From an uncultured bacterium (GTDB taxonomy: Bacteria; Hinthialibacterota; Hinthialibacteria; OLB16), in contig CAYRBI010000003.1 in assembly GCA_964422415.1 (NCBI GenBank), forward strand, positions 10,607 through 74,606: a stretch of 64,000 nt of DNA. Direction: 5' to 3'. Both the position numbers and the translations under genes were made by a program. The notes beneath the pieces were generated by a model. The model did not search any database and was not told the origin of the DNA. It saw nothing but the letters and a program-made list of their open reading frames with translations. Below, piece by piece: positions 40,933 to 49,622 of the stretch. Position 1 is the first letter of the stretch, and each line of letters starts with the position of its first letter.

Positions 40933-43185
40933 ATGTCGCCCTTGCGTTCAAGAAAACTCACATTGCTCTTCCGCTTCTTCATCATACTTCTCCTTCTCGC
41001 GGGAATCGGTTGGTGGGTGGCCGGCCAGCTGACACGGGTGCCGGTGCGGGAGCCGGCCCGGAAGGTCTTTGTCCTCGGCTTCGATGGGGTCGATCCGCGT
41101 CTATGCCGGGAGTACATGGAGAAAGGATTGATGCCCAACCTGACCGCACTAGCCAAGGAGGGGACCTTCACGGATATGGGAACAGTGAATCCCTCACAGT
41201 CTCCAGTGTCCTGGAGTTCCTTCGCGGTGGGGGGTGACCCCGGTCAACATGGAGTCTTCGACTTCCTGACCCGGACGGGTCAGGACCCAACCTATCTCCC
41301 CAGTCCAGAGTCTTTTGTGGGACAGATCGAGGCCCGCTTTTTCGCGGGCATCCCCATCCGCCGTCCCCAGGCCATCAACAAGCGTGGGGGACGGGCCTTC
41401 TGGGATTACGCGGCTGAGGCGGGTATCAAGACCGCATTGGTGATGATTCCCGTCACCTTCGCGCCGCCCCGCCTCCCCAATGGGCTGGCTGTGTCGGGGC
41501 TGGGAGTCCCGGATCTGTGCGGAACCCAAGCCACTTATTTCTATCTCACCTCGAATCCCCGAAAGCTGAGTTTGGGCAAGATGACCGAGATGGGAGGAGT
41601 TGTCAGCATCCTGTCACGGAATGGAGATGTGTACCGGGGACAACTCGCGGGTCCTCCTTCCCCGCTTTGGAAACAAGAACGCTCCAAGAAAGCAGCGCAG
41701 CTGGCCAACGCCAAGGAACAGACCAAACAGACAGGTCTTCCCATTGAAAAGAAGAAGGCCCTTGAAGGTGAGGTGGCCCGGCTCCAGAGTGGATTGAACG
41801 CCTTCGCGGCCAATCCGGAACGGCTCTCCATGCCAATCGAGATTACACCACTGCCCGGCAAACAGATGGCTCGGGTGCAGGTGGATGAGGAGGCCCAGGA
41901 AGTCACTGTAGGGACATGGAGCGGCTGGTTCCGCGTTCACTTCAAAGTAACCCGCTTGATCTCCGCTTACGGTATCTGCAAGGTGCTCCTCCAATCGGTC
42001 ACTCCCGATGTGAAGATCTATGTCTCTCCAATCGAAATCGACCCCGAGAGACCGGTCATCCCGATCTGCTGCCCTCAAGACTACACCCGGCGGCTGGCCA
42101 AGAAGATCGGGCTCTTTAAAACCCGTGGCTGGGAGGCCGACACGGCGGGACTGAAGGAGGGCGCCATCGATGAGAAGGCCTTCCTCGAGGACACCTTCGA
42201 AGTGATGGACAAACACACGGAAATGGTCCTGGAGACCCTGGATGAGGATGACTGGGGCTTGTTTGTGGCGGTCTTGTCCGAGACCGACCGGATCAGCCAC
42301 CTGATGTGGCGGCTGATCGATCCCACGCATCCCATGTATGACCCGGAACTCGCGCGGGATTATGGAGACTCAATTCAAAAGGTCTATCAGAAGATGGATT
42401 CCGTGGTGGGCAAGTTCCGCGCCAAGGTCGACACCAGCAAGACCGATTTCTATGTCATCTCGGATCATGGATTCCGGTCTTTCCGGACTGGAGTTAATTT
42501 GAATACCTGGCTCTCACGCAACGGCCCGGGAGCGGACTCCACACGGCCCTTCATGAAGCTGCGGCTCCCGGCCAACCGGAAGTACACTCTTGAGGACATC
42601 TTCGGAGGAAACACCGACTTCTTCAAAACCAATGTGTATGACCCGGTCGAGGGAGTTACCAAGAGTGAGTATTATGTGAGTTGGAAAGACACCAAGGCTT
42701 TCGCCTTAGGGCTGGGATCGATCTTCATCAACCTCAAGGGACGCGAAACCTGGGGGTGCGTGGCCAAATCCGAGTACAACGCCGTACGCGATGAGATCAT
42801 CCAGGGGCTTGAGAGCCTAACCGATCCGGCCACTGGACAACGGGTGGTCCACAGGGTCTACCGTGGAACCGACATCTATCATGGCCCTTATGCCAATCCG
42901 GATAGCGTTGCTTTCCCTGACTTGGTGGTAGGATTCGAGGACGGCTACCGGGTGGGCTGGCAATCGACCTTGGGTGGAATCTCAGATGACATCCTGACCC
43001 CCAACCGGGAAAAGTGGAGTGGCGACCACTGTGGAGTAGATCCCACACTGACCAGTGGCATTCTGTTCTGTACTGGATCTCTGGCGGTCAAGGATCCCAA
43101 CATCATTGATCTGGCAACCACGATCATGGCCACGCTGGAGGTACCTCATCCGCCCTTGCAGGGACGGAATCTGAGAAGCAAATAA
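40933..43185 (+). CDS. Alkaline-phosphatase-superfamily type I phosphodiesterase / nucleotide pyrophosphatase family protein
   Basis: N-terminal TM. VFVLGFDGVDPRL, NPSQSPVSWSSFAVG and VISDHGF are metal-site and nucleophile contexts of the PF01663-type family. Confidence 0.8.
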   Translation: MSPLRSRKLTLLFRFFIILLLLAGIGWWVAGQLTRVPVREPARKVFVLGFDGVDPRLCREYMEKGLMPNLTALAKEGTFTDMGTVNPSQSPVSWSSFAVGGDPGQHGVFDFLTRTGQDPTYLPSPESFVGQIEARFFAGIPIRRPQAINKRGGRAFWDYAAEAGIKTALVMIPVTFAPPRLPNGLAVSGLGVPDLCGTQATYFYLTSNPRKLSLGKMTEMGGVVSILSRNGDVYRGQLAGPPSPLWKQERSKKAAQLANAKEQTKQTGLPIEKKKALEGEVARLQSGLNAFAANPERLSMPIEITPLPGKQMARVQVDEEAQEVTVGTWSGWFRVHFKVTRLISAYGICKVLLQSVTPDVKIYVSPIEIDPERPVIPICCPQDYTRRLAKKIGLFKTRGWEADTAGLKEGAIDEKAFLEDTFEVMDKHTEMVLETLDEDDWGLFVAVLSETDRISHLMWRLIDPTHPMYDPELARDYGDSIQKVYQKMDSVVGKFRAKVDTSKTDFYVISDHGFRSFRTGVNLNTWLSRNGPGADSTRPFMKLRLPANRKYTLEDIFGGNTDFFKTNVYDPVEGVTKSEYYVSWKDTKAFALGLGSIFINLKGRETWGCVAKSEYNAVRDEIIQGLESLTDPATGQRVVHRVYRGTDIYHGPYANPDSVAFPDLVVGFEDGYRVGWQSTLGGISDDILTPNREKWSGDHCGVDPTLTSGILFCTGSLAVKDPNIIDLATTIMATLEVPHPPLQGRNLRSK

Positions 43186-43196
43186 AAGGAAACCGC

Positions 43197-46031
43197 ATGA
43201 CCGAAGCTGTCACCACATCCAAAGCGCCGGGCCTCGATCCCATCGTCCTGGAACTACGCAAGTTCCATCAGGATGGCCTTGAGCGTATCGCCAACCGGCA
43301 CCGGTCCGGGACAGGCGGAACCCAGATCGTGGATGAAACCACGGGCCTGATGGACCAATTGGTAATGAAGATCTGGCAGCACGCGTTGCGGGAGGGCTCA
43401 CGCAACTCGCCCATCGACCTGTCAGCCAATCCGCCACGGGTCTCACTGGTGGCCATCGGCGGATATGGACGCGCGCAACTACATCCCCGCTCCGATGTGG
43501 ATATCCTCTTTCTACACCGGAAGAAGCTCACGGAGCTCGAGGAGGAGCTCATCAAATCCACCCTGCGGACCCTGTGGGATGTGGGACTGGATATTGGTCA
43601 CGCGGTACGTACCACCACGGACTGTATCCGCATGGCCGGAGCGGATCTGGATACCCAGACCTCACTTATGGAGAACCGCTATCTCGCCGGCAACCGTCCC
43701 CTCTACGAGGAGTTTCACCGCCGTTACCGGAACTCCATGGCGGGACATGGTATCCGCAAGTTTATCCAGAACAAGGAAGCGGAGCGCCAAGAACGCTACC
43801 GCCGGCATGGGGACACCATCGCCATCCAAGAACCCAACATCAAGGAGAGCGCAGGCGGACTGAGAGACCTGCACCACGCCATCTGGCTGGCGCTGGCCAT
43901 GTATGACATCCCCTCCTTGGCGGGTATCCGCCGGAGAGGACTCGTACGGGAACCCTTTTATGGCCAGTTGCATGATTCGGTGGACTTCATGTTGCGTGTC
44001 CGCAATGAGCTACACCTGACCCTCAAGACCAACTCCAACCGCCTCAACTTCGAGATTCAGGAACAGGTGGCCAAGTCCTTCCGCTACCGGGATGAGGGAG
44101 GCAATCTCGCCGAGGAAAGCTTGATGCGGGATTACTACACCGCCGCCGCCCGCATTCAAATGTTCGCCGACCGGATGACGAATCACTGTCTGAAGCCGCC
44201 CCGCTGGAAATCGTGGCTCGCTCTTTTCCAACGGAACGAACTCGAGGAGGGCTACCTCCTTCGCGAGGGCGTCCTATCAGTCCGGGAACCGGAAACCTTT
44301 TTCATCAACCACTCTGAACGTATCATCCGGTTGTTCGAGATCTCCCAAAAGACCGGCTGCGCTTTCGATGGTGAGTTGCTCTCGGAGCTATCCAGGATTC
44401 TGAGTGGCATCACCGCAGAGGACTTGTGTAACTCCAGGGAGGTGGGGGCCAAGGTGATGGAGATGCTCTCCCGCCGGGGACGTGTGGGACCTGTCCTGCG
44501 TGGGCTCTACGAGACGGGGGTACTGGACATTCTGATGCCCGAGTTCTCAGTCGTGCGTTTCTTGCCACGCCGCGATCTATACCACCGTTACACAGTCGAT
44601 GAACACTCCATCCTGACCACCGAAATCCTGGATGGGTTGGCGGATGAACATTTTCCAGAGGCTCCCTGCCTGCCGGTGGAGGAGCTGGCCTCACGCTTCC
44701 CCGAGACCAACCGGCGATGGCGGTGGTGGGACAACGATCCGATCATCACAACCCCTCGCGGAGAGGGTGAGTCCACCAAGCGGACGGATATCATGAGCCT
44801 GCCCATCTACAGCCAGACCGGGACCAACATCATCCGCGATATTCGCGCCATCTTCGCGGGTGTCACCCAACCGGGATTACTCTATCTGGCCACGTTCCTC
44901 CATGACATTGGCAAGGGACGCGGGGGCGACCACCATATCAAAGGCGCGACCCTCTCCTACCAGATCGCACGGCGGTTGTGTTTGAATGATCCAGACACGG
45001 ATCTGGTCATCTTCCTGGTCGAAAGACATCTCGAGTTCGCTAAGGTGGCCTTCCGTTTTGACACTCAAGACTTCGCCACGGTACAGGAGTTCGCCAGCTG
45101 GTGTGATACACGCGAGAAATTGGACAACCTGTACCTGCTCACATTGGCGGACATATGGGCGGTTAACACCGATTTGTTGACCGAATGGAAGCTGTCCATG
45201 CTTCACCAGTTTTATAAGGAGGTGTGTGCGTTCTTGGATGACCGGGCGGCAGTGGAAGCGAAACACGCGGAGGAACAGAAGGTCGCGTATACAAAATTCC
45301 TGGCGGAACTTCCCCGGGACATCACGGAGAATGAGGCTGAACGTCACATTAAAAGAATGCCGCCGCCTTATCTCATCAAACAGAGCGAGGACACGATCCA
45401 TCACCACTTGCGCCTCTTACGGAAATACACCGGTGAGAACCCGGTGGTGGGATGCCGTCAGACCTTGCCGAACCTTCTCGAGGTGGCCGCCATACAGCCC
45501 TCCAAGATCGGCAACTTCATGCGTTCCGTTCGTCCCCTCTCGAGCTTGGGATTGAGTATCACCGAGGCACGCATCTTTGTCCGCGATGATGGCGTCACCT
45601 TCACCACCCTGGTGGCACACCACCAGGAGGGGTCGGAGTTCGGCGAAGAGATGATCCATAAGGTGATTGAAAGGACTACGGACTCTTTGCAGGACAAGTG
45701 GGATGAAAGTTGGAATCCACGTCCCGTCAAGCAGCCCGATCGTGGCCGGTCACGAATCACCCCAACCGTGGAGGTCCTCAATCAGGCCTCTCCCAAGTAT
45801 ACCGTGATCGAGGTGCGCTGCGCGGATGCCATCGGAGTGCTGGTACGGATCGCCACGGTGTTCGCCAAGTATGGCTTGGATATTGGATTCGCGCGGATCC
45901 ACACGGAGGGACAACGGGTGATCGACACCTTCTATGTGCTGGACTCCAACCGGCGGAAATTTGAAGAGCCACAAAAGATCAACTGGTTAAAGAACTCGAT
46001 GATCAAGGCGCTCAATGAGTTGCTCGGATGA
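43197..46031 (+). CDS. glnD: [Protein-PII] uridylyltransferase / uridylyl-removing enzyme
   Basis: 944 aa. NTase motif GGYGRAQLHPRSDVDILFL, HD domain LATFLHDIGKGRGGDHHIKG, and two C-terminal ACT-like domains (VIEVRCADAIGVLVRIATVFAKYGLDIGFARI). Confidence 0.9.
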   Translation: MTEAVTTSKAPGLDPIVLELRKFHQDGLERIANRHRSGTGGTQIVDETTGLMDQLVMKIWQHALREGSRNSPIDLSANPPRVSLVAIGGYGRAQLHPRSDVDILFLHRKKLTELEEELIKSTLRTLWDVGLDIGHAVRTTTDCIRMAGADLDTQTSLMENRYLAGNRPLYEEFHRRYRNSMAGHGIRKFIQNKEAERQERYRRHGDTIAIQEPNIKESAGGLRDLHHAIWLALAMYDIPSLAGIRRRGLVREPFYGQLHDSVDFMLRVRNELHLTLKTNSNRLNFEIQEQVAKSFRYRDEGGNLAEESLMRDYYTAAARIQMFADRMTNHCLKPPRWKSWLALFQRNELEEGYLLREGVLSVREPETFFINHSERIIRLFEISQKTGCAFDGELLSELSRILSGITAEDLCNSREVGAKVMEMLSRRGRVGPVLRGLYETGVLDILMPEFSVVRFLPRRDLYHRYTVDEHSILTTEILDGLADEHFPEAPCLPVEELASRFPETNRRWRWWDNDPIITTPRGEGESTKRTDIMSLPIYSQTGTNIIRDIRAIFAGVTQPGLLYLATFLHDIGKGRGGDHHIKGATLSYQIARRLCLNDPDTDLVIFLVERHLEFAKVAFRFDTQDFATVQEFASWCDTREKLDNLYLLTLADIWAVNTDLLTEWKLSMLHQFYKEVCAFLDDRAAVEAKHAEEQKVAYTKFLAELPRDITENEAERHIKRMPPPYLIKQSEDTIHHHLRLLRKYTGENPVVGCRQTLPNLLEVAAIQPSKIGNFMRSVRPLSSLGLSITEARIFVRDDGVTFTTLVAHHQEGSEFGEEMIHKVIERTTDSLQDKWDESWNPRPVKQPDRGRSRITPTVEVLNQASPKYTVIEVRCADAIGVLVRIATVFAKYGLDIGFARIHTEGQRVIDTFYVLDSNRRKFEEPQKINWLKNSMIKALNELLG

Positions 46032-46993
46032 AGAGAAGCCCAGGAACGATCCCGCTCAGAGAGGCCCTGAGGTTCCAACTGGCCTCGATTCCGGGAATGG
46101 GGCCGGTCTCCTTACAGAGATTGGAGGCCCGCTTCGGCAGTCCGGAACGGATCCTGGCCGCCAGTGAGTCCGAACTACGCGGTGTAGTCCGGAGAGATAT
46201 CGCCGCGAATCTTCTCGAGGCCGCGCGGGATATCCACATTGGCCGGGAGATCCTCGAGGCCCTGGAGTCCTCCGGGACCCATATCCTGTATCCCGACTCC
46301 CCTGGCGTTCCCTCTCGTCTGCTACGCCATACTGGAGAGTGGCATTTCCTGACCCATCTGGGAGATCCAGGACTCTGGGATTCTCCGCCGGTAGTGGGGA
46401 TGGTAGGACGCCGCCGCGCCAGCAATGAGGGAGTCGATTTCGCGCAGGAGTTGGCCGCTGAATTCGCCCGGCGGGGTGTAGTCACGCTCTCAGGTATGGC
46501 CCAAGGCATTGACCGTGCTTCTCATTTCGGTAGCCTGACCGCCAATGGCCTCACGGTCGCGGTCCTACCCATGGGGTTGCTCCGGTTTATCAAGGAAATC
46601 ACCCACTGGACCGCGGTACGGGATGCCGTGGAGGCCGGACGTCTCCTGTTAGTCTCGGGAGCTCCTCCCATGCAGGTCTGGTCGGTTTCCGAGGCGATGC
46701 GCCGAAATCAATGGATTGCCAGCTGGTGTGATGCACTTGTGGTTATAGAAGCAGGAGACAAGGGCGGAACCTGGAAGACCGCCAGTTGCGCGGTCCGCTA
46801 TGAACGTCCTTTATGGGTGGTTTCCGGTTTCGCCAGCTCCGAGGCTGGGACCGGAAATCAAGAGATAATCTCACGCCTCGGTGCACGCAGGCTTGAGTGT
46901 CGAAGACCCCTACCTGACCTTGCGGATGAGATACTCAAAGCGTGTATTCGATTAAAAAAAAACGGGCCCTCTGGGAAACTCTTTGATCTCTGA
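46028..46993 (+). CDS. dprA: DNA-processing protein DprA (Smf)
   Basis: ATGA overlap with glnD. N-terminal HhH/SAM-like LASIPGMGPVSLQRLEARFGSPERI. Rossmann core GMAQGIDRASHFGSL and PLWVV. Confidence 0.85.
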   Translation: MKRSPGTIPLREALRFQLASIPGMGPVSLQRLEARFGSPERILAASESELRGVVRRDIAANLLEAARDIHIGREILEALESSGTHILYPDSPGVPSRLLRHTGEWHFLTHLGDPGLWDSPPVVGMVGRRRASNEGVDFAQELAAEFARRGVVTLSGMAQGIDRASHFGSLTANGLTVAVLPMGLLRFIKEITHWTAVRDAVEAGRLLLVSGAPPMQVWSVSEAMRRNQWIASWCDALVVIEAGDKGGTWKTASCAVRYERPLWVVSGFASSEAGTGNQEIISRLGARRLECRRPLPDLADEILKACIRLKKNGPSGKLFDL

Positions 46994-47201
46994 GGACTTA
47001 TGATTTTGTATCCACTTTTCCAATAGCGGTGTTGTAACCGGAGTCTGGTTCAAATCCACTTAAAAGTCGGATTTTATTGGGTGATTGAGTTTTTCAGGGG
47101 TTTCAAAATAGTGGCTTGACAGAGTATGTATTGAGGCTCAATGTATTCACTTCAATGCTTTGGCATGTATGGTGTATACCCCGTGGAAAGGAGTCGTAAA
47201 G

Positions 47202-48737
47202 ATGAGAGCGAAGTTGTTTGTAGTGTTACTAATTTCCTTACTAGCAGTACCAGCATTCGCACAGGTCCCTTATGCGAATCCAGCCGCCGCAGGTATCGAG
47301 GTGTTAGTGGCCGAGAGGGTCATGTTTGCAAATGACATGGTCAATCAGGGCAACTGGGAACCGTACGCCTCCGCATTCGGAGATGGCACACTGTGCCTCG
47401 CGGCCAACACGGAAGGACAAGAATCGGAGACTGTTACGACACCCGCAGCTGATACTGAGCGGGTAGCTGTGGCCTTCTTTAATACGGATGGCACGGTTCA
47501 AGAAGTGCCCGGCTTCTACTACAGTGTTTCTCCCGCCAAACCATGGGTGACAACAAATGATACCTTTCGTAGAAATGGAAATCCCCCGCGTATCGGCGCC
47601 GACAAACGTCCCGGCTCTACCAAATATGTGGTTGCCAATGAGTGCACTCCCGCCGATCTCACGGAATTTTTCCCCACCTTTGGGAATGGTTTTACCTACG
47701 GTGCAAACACCTATGGCTGTTACCAGTTGTTGAACAAGACCACAGCGGGTCCGGTACCCATTGGCCCGGTCACCGATCCCACCTATGGGCAATACACGAC
47801 TGGGACGCAGGTGGATGCGATCCGCTACGGTGGGGACGTCCGCGCCCTGTCCAATGGCAACTACATCTCCACTGTTGAAGACCGGAATGCGATCTTCAAC
47901 CCCAACACCAACCGGGTAACCGTGGGCGCCCTCATCAGTGGTGACACGGGATTGGTGATCGGCTCCCCCTTCAACTGCAACATGTTCAATCCCGATAACG
48001 GCACCGATTGCTGGAGTGGCTTGGCGGCCTTTAACGGTGGATTCGCGGTGAAACCGGAACTCAGCGCGGACACCAACTACAGCATCTTCTTCTTCGACAA
48101 CTCGGGCGCTTATCAGGGATCATGGGAGAGAGACCTCCGCACCGAGATCGGAACTCCTCTCCCGCCAGCTGAGGGATACACCTATAACACCTCGATCTCC
48201 TCTGAAGGCCGTGGAGATGATTTCCGTATCGATTCCGATATCCGCAGCAACTATGTCTATTACGCTGGCAAGGGAATGGATGCCACGGGAACAGGCTCGA
48301 TGGCTGTCTATGTCACCAAGATCGATGCCACCACCCGCAAGACCGTCAAGGAAGTCTGTGCGAACGATGGATACAGCACCATTCTGGGTGGTCCCGACCG
48401 TGTCAATGTGTGCGTGGATGAAAACGGCATTGTGTTTGTCTGCTGGAGTGACAAATCCAATACCACTTACAAACAAATTGCTGGCCGTTTCTATGATGCC
48501 GACCTGAATCCGTTATCCGATCTCTTCCTGTGCTTCACCTCCAGCGAAAAAGGTCCCGACCCAGTTAAGGCTTTTGATGTGAATTGCCCCACCTGCGCCA
48601 TGGCTAATGGACGTTGCCTGGTCGCTTGCAGGATTGACAACGAACCCGCTGATGGATCATACCTGGATGAGGATCAGATCGCCATCGTGTTGAAGATCCC
48701 GGTTGCCTCGGCTGTCGGTAACTGGAACAAATACTGA
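47202..48737 (+). CDS. Secreted protein of unknown function (511 aa)
   Basis: Start at ATG 47202 with GGAAAGGAG 8 nt upstream. Signal peptide MRAKLFVVLLISLLAVPAFAQ. Beta-rich, Asn/Gly/Thr-rich body with several Cys pairs. Has its own AT-rich upstream region and a strong terminator. Confidence 0.7.
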   Translation: MRAKLFVVLLISLLAVPAFAQVPYANPAAAGIEVLVAERVMFANDMVNQGNWEPYASAFGDGTLCLAANTEGQESETVTTPAADTERVAVAFFNTDGTVQEVPGFYYSVSPAKPWVTTNDTFRRNGNPPRIGADKRPGSTKYVVANECTPADLTEFFPTFGNGFTYGANTYGCYQLLNKTTAGPVPIGPVTDPTYGQYTTGTQVDAIRYGGDVRALSNGNYISTVEDRNAIFNPNTNRVTVGALISGDTGLVIGSPFNCNMFNPDNGTDCWSGLAAFNGGFAVKPELSADTNYSIFFFDNSGAYQGSWERDLRTEIGTPLPPAEGYTYNTSISSEGRGDDFRIDSDIRSNYVYYAGKGMDATGTGSMAVYVTKIDATTRKTVKEVCANDGYSTILGGPDRVNVCVDENGIVFVCWSDKSNTTYKQIAGRFYDADLNPLSDLFLCFTSSEKGPDPVKAFDVNCPTCAMANGRCLVACRIDNEPADGSYLDEDQIAIVLKIPVASAVGNWNKY

Positions 48738-48780
48738 GAATCTGTTGCTTTTCTGAAGAAGATCAGATGAAGTTGATTTG

Positions 48781-48818
48781 GGGGCTGGCGGGTGAAAATC
48801 CGCCAGCCCCTTTTGTTT
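48781..48818 (+). terminator. Rho-independent terminator
   Basis: GGGGCTGGCGG-GTGAAAAT-CCGCCAGCCCC (11-bp perfect stem) followed by TTTTGTTT, 44 nt after the stop at 48737. Confidence 0.8.
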
Positions 48819-48849
48819 GAAGATGTCTCAGCAACGCTCATAAGGGAGC

Positions 48850-49614
48850 TTATGTCAGGGGTGTAAGGTTCACCCGGTTGATGAGCGCCGCCTGATAACC
48901 CGCTCCGAAGCCATTATCAATGTTCACCACCGATACACCCGAAGCGCAGCTATTCAACATGGCCAGCAGAGCCGCCACGCCACCGAAACTGGCGCCATAC
49001 CCCACACTGGTGGGAACCGCGATCACCGGAACGCTCACTAACCCCGCCACCACACTGGGAAGGGCTCCCTCCATCCCAGCTACCACCACAATCGCCCGGG
49101 CATTCTGGAGTGCCTCTCCCTCGGAGAGGAGGCGGTGGATTCCAGCCACCCCGGCATCATTCAAGCGGTGAACCGATGCGCCCATCAGATGAGCGGTAAT
49201 TGCAGCCTCATCGGCGACTGGCAGATCCGAGGTTCCGGCACAGACCACCAGCACATTCCCAGTCCGTTCCGCTTGGGGCGAACGGTCCAACACAAGACAA
49301 CGCGAAGCGGGATGGTAGATGACCTCGGGCACTTGCCGCAGTACCGCCTCCGCCGCCTCCGGGGAGGCATGAGTAGCCAGTACCCGGTCACCGCGCTGTC
49401 CGAGACAGGCAAAGATACTGGCGGTTTGCCCGGGTGTTTTTCCCGCCGCGAAGATCACCTCTGGAAAGCCCTTCCGGAGGGCGCGGTGGTGATCCACCCG
49501 GGCGAAACCCAGGTCCTCGAAAGGCAAACGCGAAAGCTCCCGGACCGCATCCGCCTTGGACAGGGTTCCCTTCTCGTAACGCTCCAGGAGATCCGTGATG
49601 AATGCCGAATCCAT
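48850..49614 (-). CDS. larB: Nickel-pincer cofactor biosynthesis protein LarB (PurE-like pyridinium-3,5-biscarboxylic acid mononucleotide synthase)
   Basis: N-terminal LarB-specific region (LSRLPFEDLGFARVDHHRALRKGFPEVIFAAGKT). PurE-like core VLVVCAGTSDLPVADEAA, IVVAGMEGALPSVVAGL and PVIAVPTSVGYG. Confidence 0.85.
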   Translation of the reverse strand: MDSAFITDLLERYEKGTLSKADAVRELSRLPFEDLGFARVDHHRALRKGFPEVIFAAGKTPGQTASIFACLGQRGDRVLATHASPEAAEAVLRQVPEVIYHPASRCLVLDRSPQAERTGNVLVVCAGTSDLPVADEAAITAHLMGASVHRLNDAGVAGIHRLLSEGEALQNARAIVVVAGMEGALPSVVAGLVSVPVIAVPTSVGYGASFGGVAALLAMLNSCASGVSVVNIDNGFGAGYQAALINRVNLTPLT

Positions 49615-49622
49615 GCCTGCCT

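Noticed and set aside
47044-47060. GGTTCAAATCC, a tRNA T-loop-like motif in the AT-rich spacer after dprA. Considered as a tRNA gene or a tRNA 3' fragment marking an integration site.
   Set aside because: The flanking bases give only 3 of 5 T-stem pairs, and I could not build an acceptor, D or anticodon arm. No integrase is nearby. Running tRNAscan-SE/ARAGORN would settle it.
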